28,213 nt of DNA from an uncultured Myxococcaceae bacterium (GTDB taxonomy: Bacteria > Myxococcota_A > Polyangia > Polyangiales > Ga0077539). Under the pieces are notes generated by a model. It was not told the DNA's origin, did not search any database, and saw only the letters and a list, made by a program, of their open reading frames with translations. Below, piece after piece: positions 26,073 through 28,213 of this stretch; positions within the stretch are counted from its first letter, which is position 1; each line of letters starts with the position of its first letter. The stretch lies in the NCBI GenBank assembly GCA_964447205.1, contig CAYUSB010000004.1, positions 23,586 through 51,798 on the forward strand, given 5' to 3'. Made by a program: the position numbers and the translations under genes.

Positions 26073-28205
26073 ATGACATCGACGCTGTTGCTGGAGGTCG
26101 GGTGCGAAGAGCTGCCGACGTCGTTCTTGGAGGATGCGATGGGGCAACTTGGGAAGAGCCTCCCCGAGGAGCTCGATCGGGTGGGGGTGGCCCACGGGGC
26201 GGTGCGGGTCCTCGGGACCCCGCGTCGCGTGGCCGTGGTGGTCGAGGAGGTGGTCGCCGAGATCGCCCCCCGCGAGGAGGAACTCCTCGGCCCCCCGGCT
26301 TCGGCCGCCCTCGGGCCCGACGGCGGCTGGAGCCGCGCGGCCGAAGGGTTCGCCAAGAAGAACGGCCTGTCCATCGACGCCCTGTCCCTGGTCGACACCC
26401 CCAAGGGGCGTTACCTCCGGGCCCTCAAGCGCACCCCGGGGACCTCGGCCATCGCCCTCCTGCCCGCGGCCCTCACCGCCGCCCTGCGTCGGGTGACCTT
26501 CGCCAAGTCGATGCGCTGGGCCCAGCAGGAGACGGCCTTCGGGCGGCCCGTCCAGTGGATCGTGGCCCTCCTCGACGACGCCGTGGTGCCCCTGTCCTTC
26601 GCCGGGGTGGACGCGGGGCGGGCGACGTACGGGCATCGGTTTCTGGCCCCGTCGGCGATCTCGTTGGGGCACGCGAGGGGGTACCCCGAGACCCTGCGGG
26701 CGGCGAAGGTCGAGGTCGACCCCAAGGCCCGTCGTGATTCGGCCCTGGAGGCCCTCCTGGCCGCGGCCGCGACCGAGGGCGGGATCCTGCGGCGCGACGC
26801 CTTCCTGGAGGGCGAGGTGACGGGCCTGGTCGAGTGGCCCGCGGTGGTGGTGGGGCGCTTCGAGGAGAGCTTCCTCGACCTGCCCGACGCCCTCATCGAG
26901 AGCGTGATGCGCGGCCACCAGCGCTACTTCGCCGTCGAGGGGCCGACCCCGCCCGGCGGGTCCGCCCGGCTCCTCCCGCGGTTTCTGACCGTGGTCAACA
27001 CGGCCCTCGACCCCGAGACCATCCGCCGGGGCAACGAGCGCGTGATGCGGGCCCGCCTCAACGACGCGGCCTTCTTCGTGCGCCAGGACCGCAAGCGCCC
27101 ACTGGCCGACCGGGTGTCCGACCTCGACGCCGTGGTCTTCCACGCCCGGATCGGCTCGTACGGCGACAAGGCCCGCCGCCTCGGGGCCCTCACCGCCGCC
27201 CTGGCCGCCGTGGTCGAGGCCACCCGCCCCGGGTTCGCCGCCCCCGACGAGGCCGCCCGGGCCGGGGTCCTCGCCAAGGCCGACCTCGTGACCCTGGCCG
27301 TGGGAGAGTTTCCCGAGCTCCAGGGCGAGATGGGGGGCTACTACGCCCGCCACGACGGCGAGCCCGCGGCCGTCTCCGAGGCCCTCGGGCAGCAGTACCA
27401 GCCCCGCGGGGCCGCCGACGCCGTGGCCCCCTCGGCCCTCGGGGCCCTCCTCGCCGTCGCCGACCGCCTCGACACCCTCGTGGGCTGCTTCGCGGTGGGC
27501 CTGCGCCCCACGGGGGGCGAAGACCCCTTCGGCCTGCGCCGGGCGGCCATCGGGATCCTGCGGACCCTGCTCGACCACCGCCTCCGCCTCGACCTCCGCA
27601 CCGCCGTCAGATGCGCCCTGTCCGCGTATCAAACCCACGGGGCCGACAGCCCCGCAGGCAGGGCCGTGGCCACGGAGGCGTCCCAGGCCGCTCTCACCGC
27701 CGCGGTGGTGGACTTCTGCGCCGAGCGGCTCAAGGGCCTGCTCGACGAGCGCTTCGGCCGCGACCCCGTGGCGGCGTGTATGGCCGCGGGCAAGACCGAC
27801 CCCGTCGATCTGCTTGAGCGGGTCGAGGCCGTCGACGCCTTCTGGGCCACCCCGGCCGCCCAGGACCTGGCCGTGGCCTTCAAGCGCGTCTTCAACATCT
27901 CTCGGGGGGCTCCGGCCGGAGAGGTCTCGGACGCGGTCCGGGGGTGCCTCCTCCTGCCCGCGGAGGTCGAGCTCCTCGCGGCCTACGACACGACCCGGGT
28001 GGGCCTCGGCCCCCTCCTCGCGGCCCGAGACTTTGTCGGGGCCATGGGGCTCATCGCACGCACCCTGCGGGGGCCCGTCGACCGCCTCTTCAACGAGGTG
28101 TTCGTGATGGACAAGGATCCGACCCTGCGCGACGCGCGCCTCCTCCTCCTCGGGCGCCTCGCCGACGCCGTGGGGCAGCTCGCCCGCTTCGACGCCCTGG
28201 AGTAA
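26073..28205 (+). CDS. glyS: Glycyl-tRNA synthetase beta subunit
   Basis: MTSTLLLEVGCEELPTSFL.. aligns from the N-terminus with E. coli GlyS (MSEKTFLVEIGTEELPPKAL). Further conserved blocks are LVEWPAVVVGRFEESFL, GEMGGYYARHDGE, QQYQPRGAAD and DPFGLRRAAIGILR. The start ATG is at 26073, in frame with track ORF 23700, whose upstream part is rejected. Confidence 0.9.
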   Translation: MTSTLLLEVGCEELPTSFLEDAMGQLGKSLPEELDRVGVAHGAVRVLGTPRRVAVVVEEVVAEIAPREEELLGPPASAALGPDGGWSRAAEGFAKKNGLSIDALSLVDTPKGRYLRALKRTPGTSAIALLPAALTAALRRVTFAKSMRWAQQETAFGRPVQWIVALLDDAVVPLSFAGVDAGRATYGHRFLAPSAISLGHARGYPETLRAAKVEVDPKARRDSALEALLAAAATEGGILRRDAFLEGEVTGLVEWPAVVVGRFEESFLDLPDALIESVMRGHQRYFAVEGPTPPGGSARLLPRFLTVVNTALDPETIRRGNERVMRARLNDAAFFVRQDRKRPLADRVSDLDAVVFHARIGSYGDKARRLGALTAALAAVVEATRPGFAAPDEAARAGVLAKADLVTLAVGEFPELQGEMGGYYARHDGEPAAVSEALGQQYQPRGAADAVAPSALGALLAVADRLDTLVGCFAVGLRPTGGEDPFGLRRAAIGILRTLLDHRLRLDLRTAVRCALSAYQTHGADSPAGRAVATEASQAALTAAVVDFCAERLKGLLDERFGRDPVAACMAAGKTDPVDLLERVEAVDAFWATPAAQDLAVAFKRVFNISRGAPAGEVSDAVRGCLLLPAEVELLAAYDTTRVGLGPLLAARDFVGAMGLIARTLRGPVDRLFNEVFVMDKDPTLRDARLLLLGRLADAVGQLARFDALE

Positions 28206-28213
28206 CCCTCAGC

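Noticed and set aside
25980-27638. N-terminal 550 codons of the 1175-aa minus ORF 24111..27638
   Set aside because: Antisense to glyS with Gly/Glu/His/Pro-rich composition. The kinase-like sequence begins only at the Met at 25979.

Overview
GC-rich (~70%) chromosomal segment with Myxococcota-like traits: lipobox lipoproteins, Ser/Thr-kinase relics, Cys-rich secreted proteins, and Arg-rich spurious antisense ORFs in every frame.

- **Left third (1-6.7 kb)** is housekeeping: icd, then an mdh-sucC-sucD operon, a DUF302 gene and ndk, all on the + strand. Divergent from icd are a partial secreted WxxGxW-repeat protein and a small membrane protein.
- **Middle (6.7-17.6 kb)** is accessory-looking. 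It holds a divergent glycoside-hydrolase pair (GH43-like beta-propeller and a GHL10 lipoprotein). Beyond that is a patchwork of hypothetical secreted/membrane genes, a SemiSWEET-like mini-gene and a WD40 protein. It also contains gene remnants: a protein-kinase/AAA fragment and a frameshifted Rpn/DUF4351-like gene. A perfect 22-bp inverted repeat pair encloses 120 bp, and another gene is frameshifted at a homopolymer.
- **Right third (17.6-28.2 kb)** encodes a PLD-like lipoprotein with a triple Cys/Trp repeat, a cytoplasmic beta-propeller protein and a lipoprotein-AraC coupled pair. At the right end, glyS diverges from a four-gene minus-strand operon: a transmembrane pseudokinase, an orphan SctJ/YscJ-FliF-like ring lipoprotein, a small secreted protein and a zinc-ribbon/TM/Pro-Thr-tail protein. 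The pseudokinase periplasmic tail and the small secreted protein share a two-Cys domain.

That operon is the best candidate for an undescribed envelope-spanning system. No rRNA, tRNA or CRISPR was recognised by eye.
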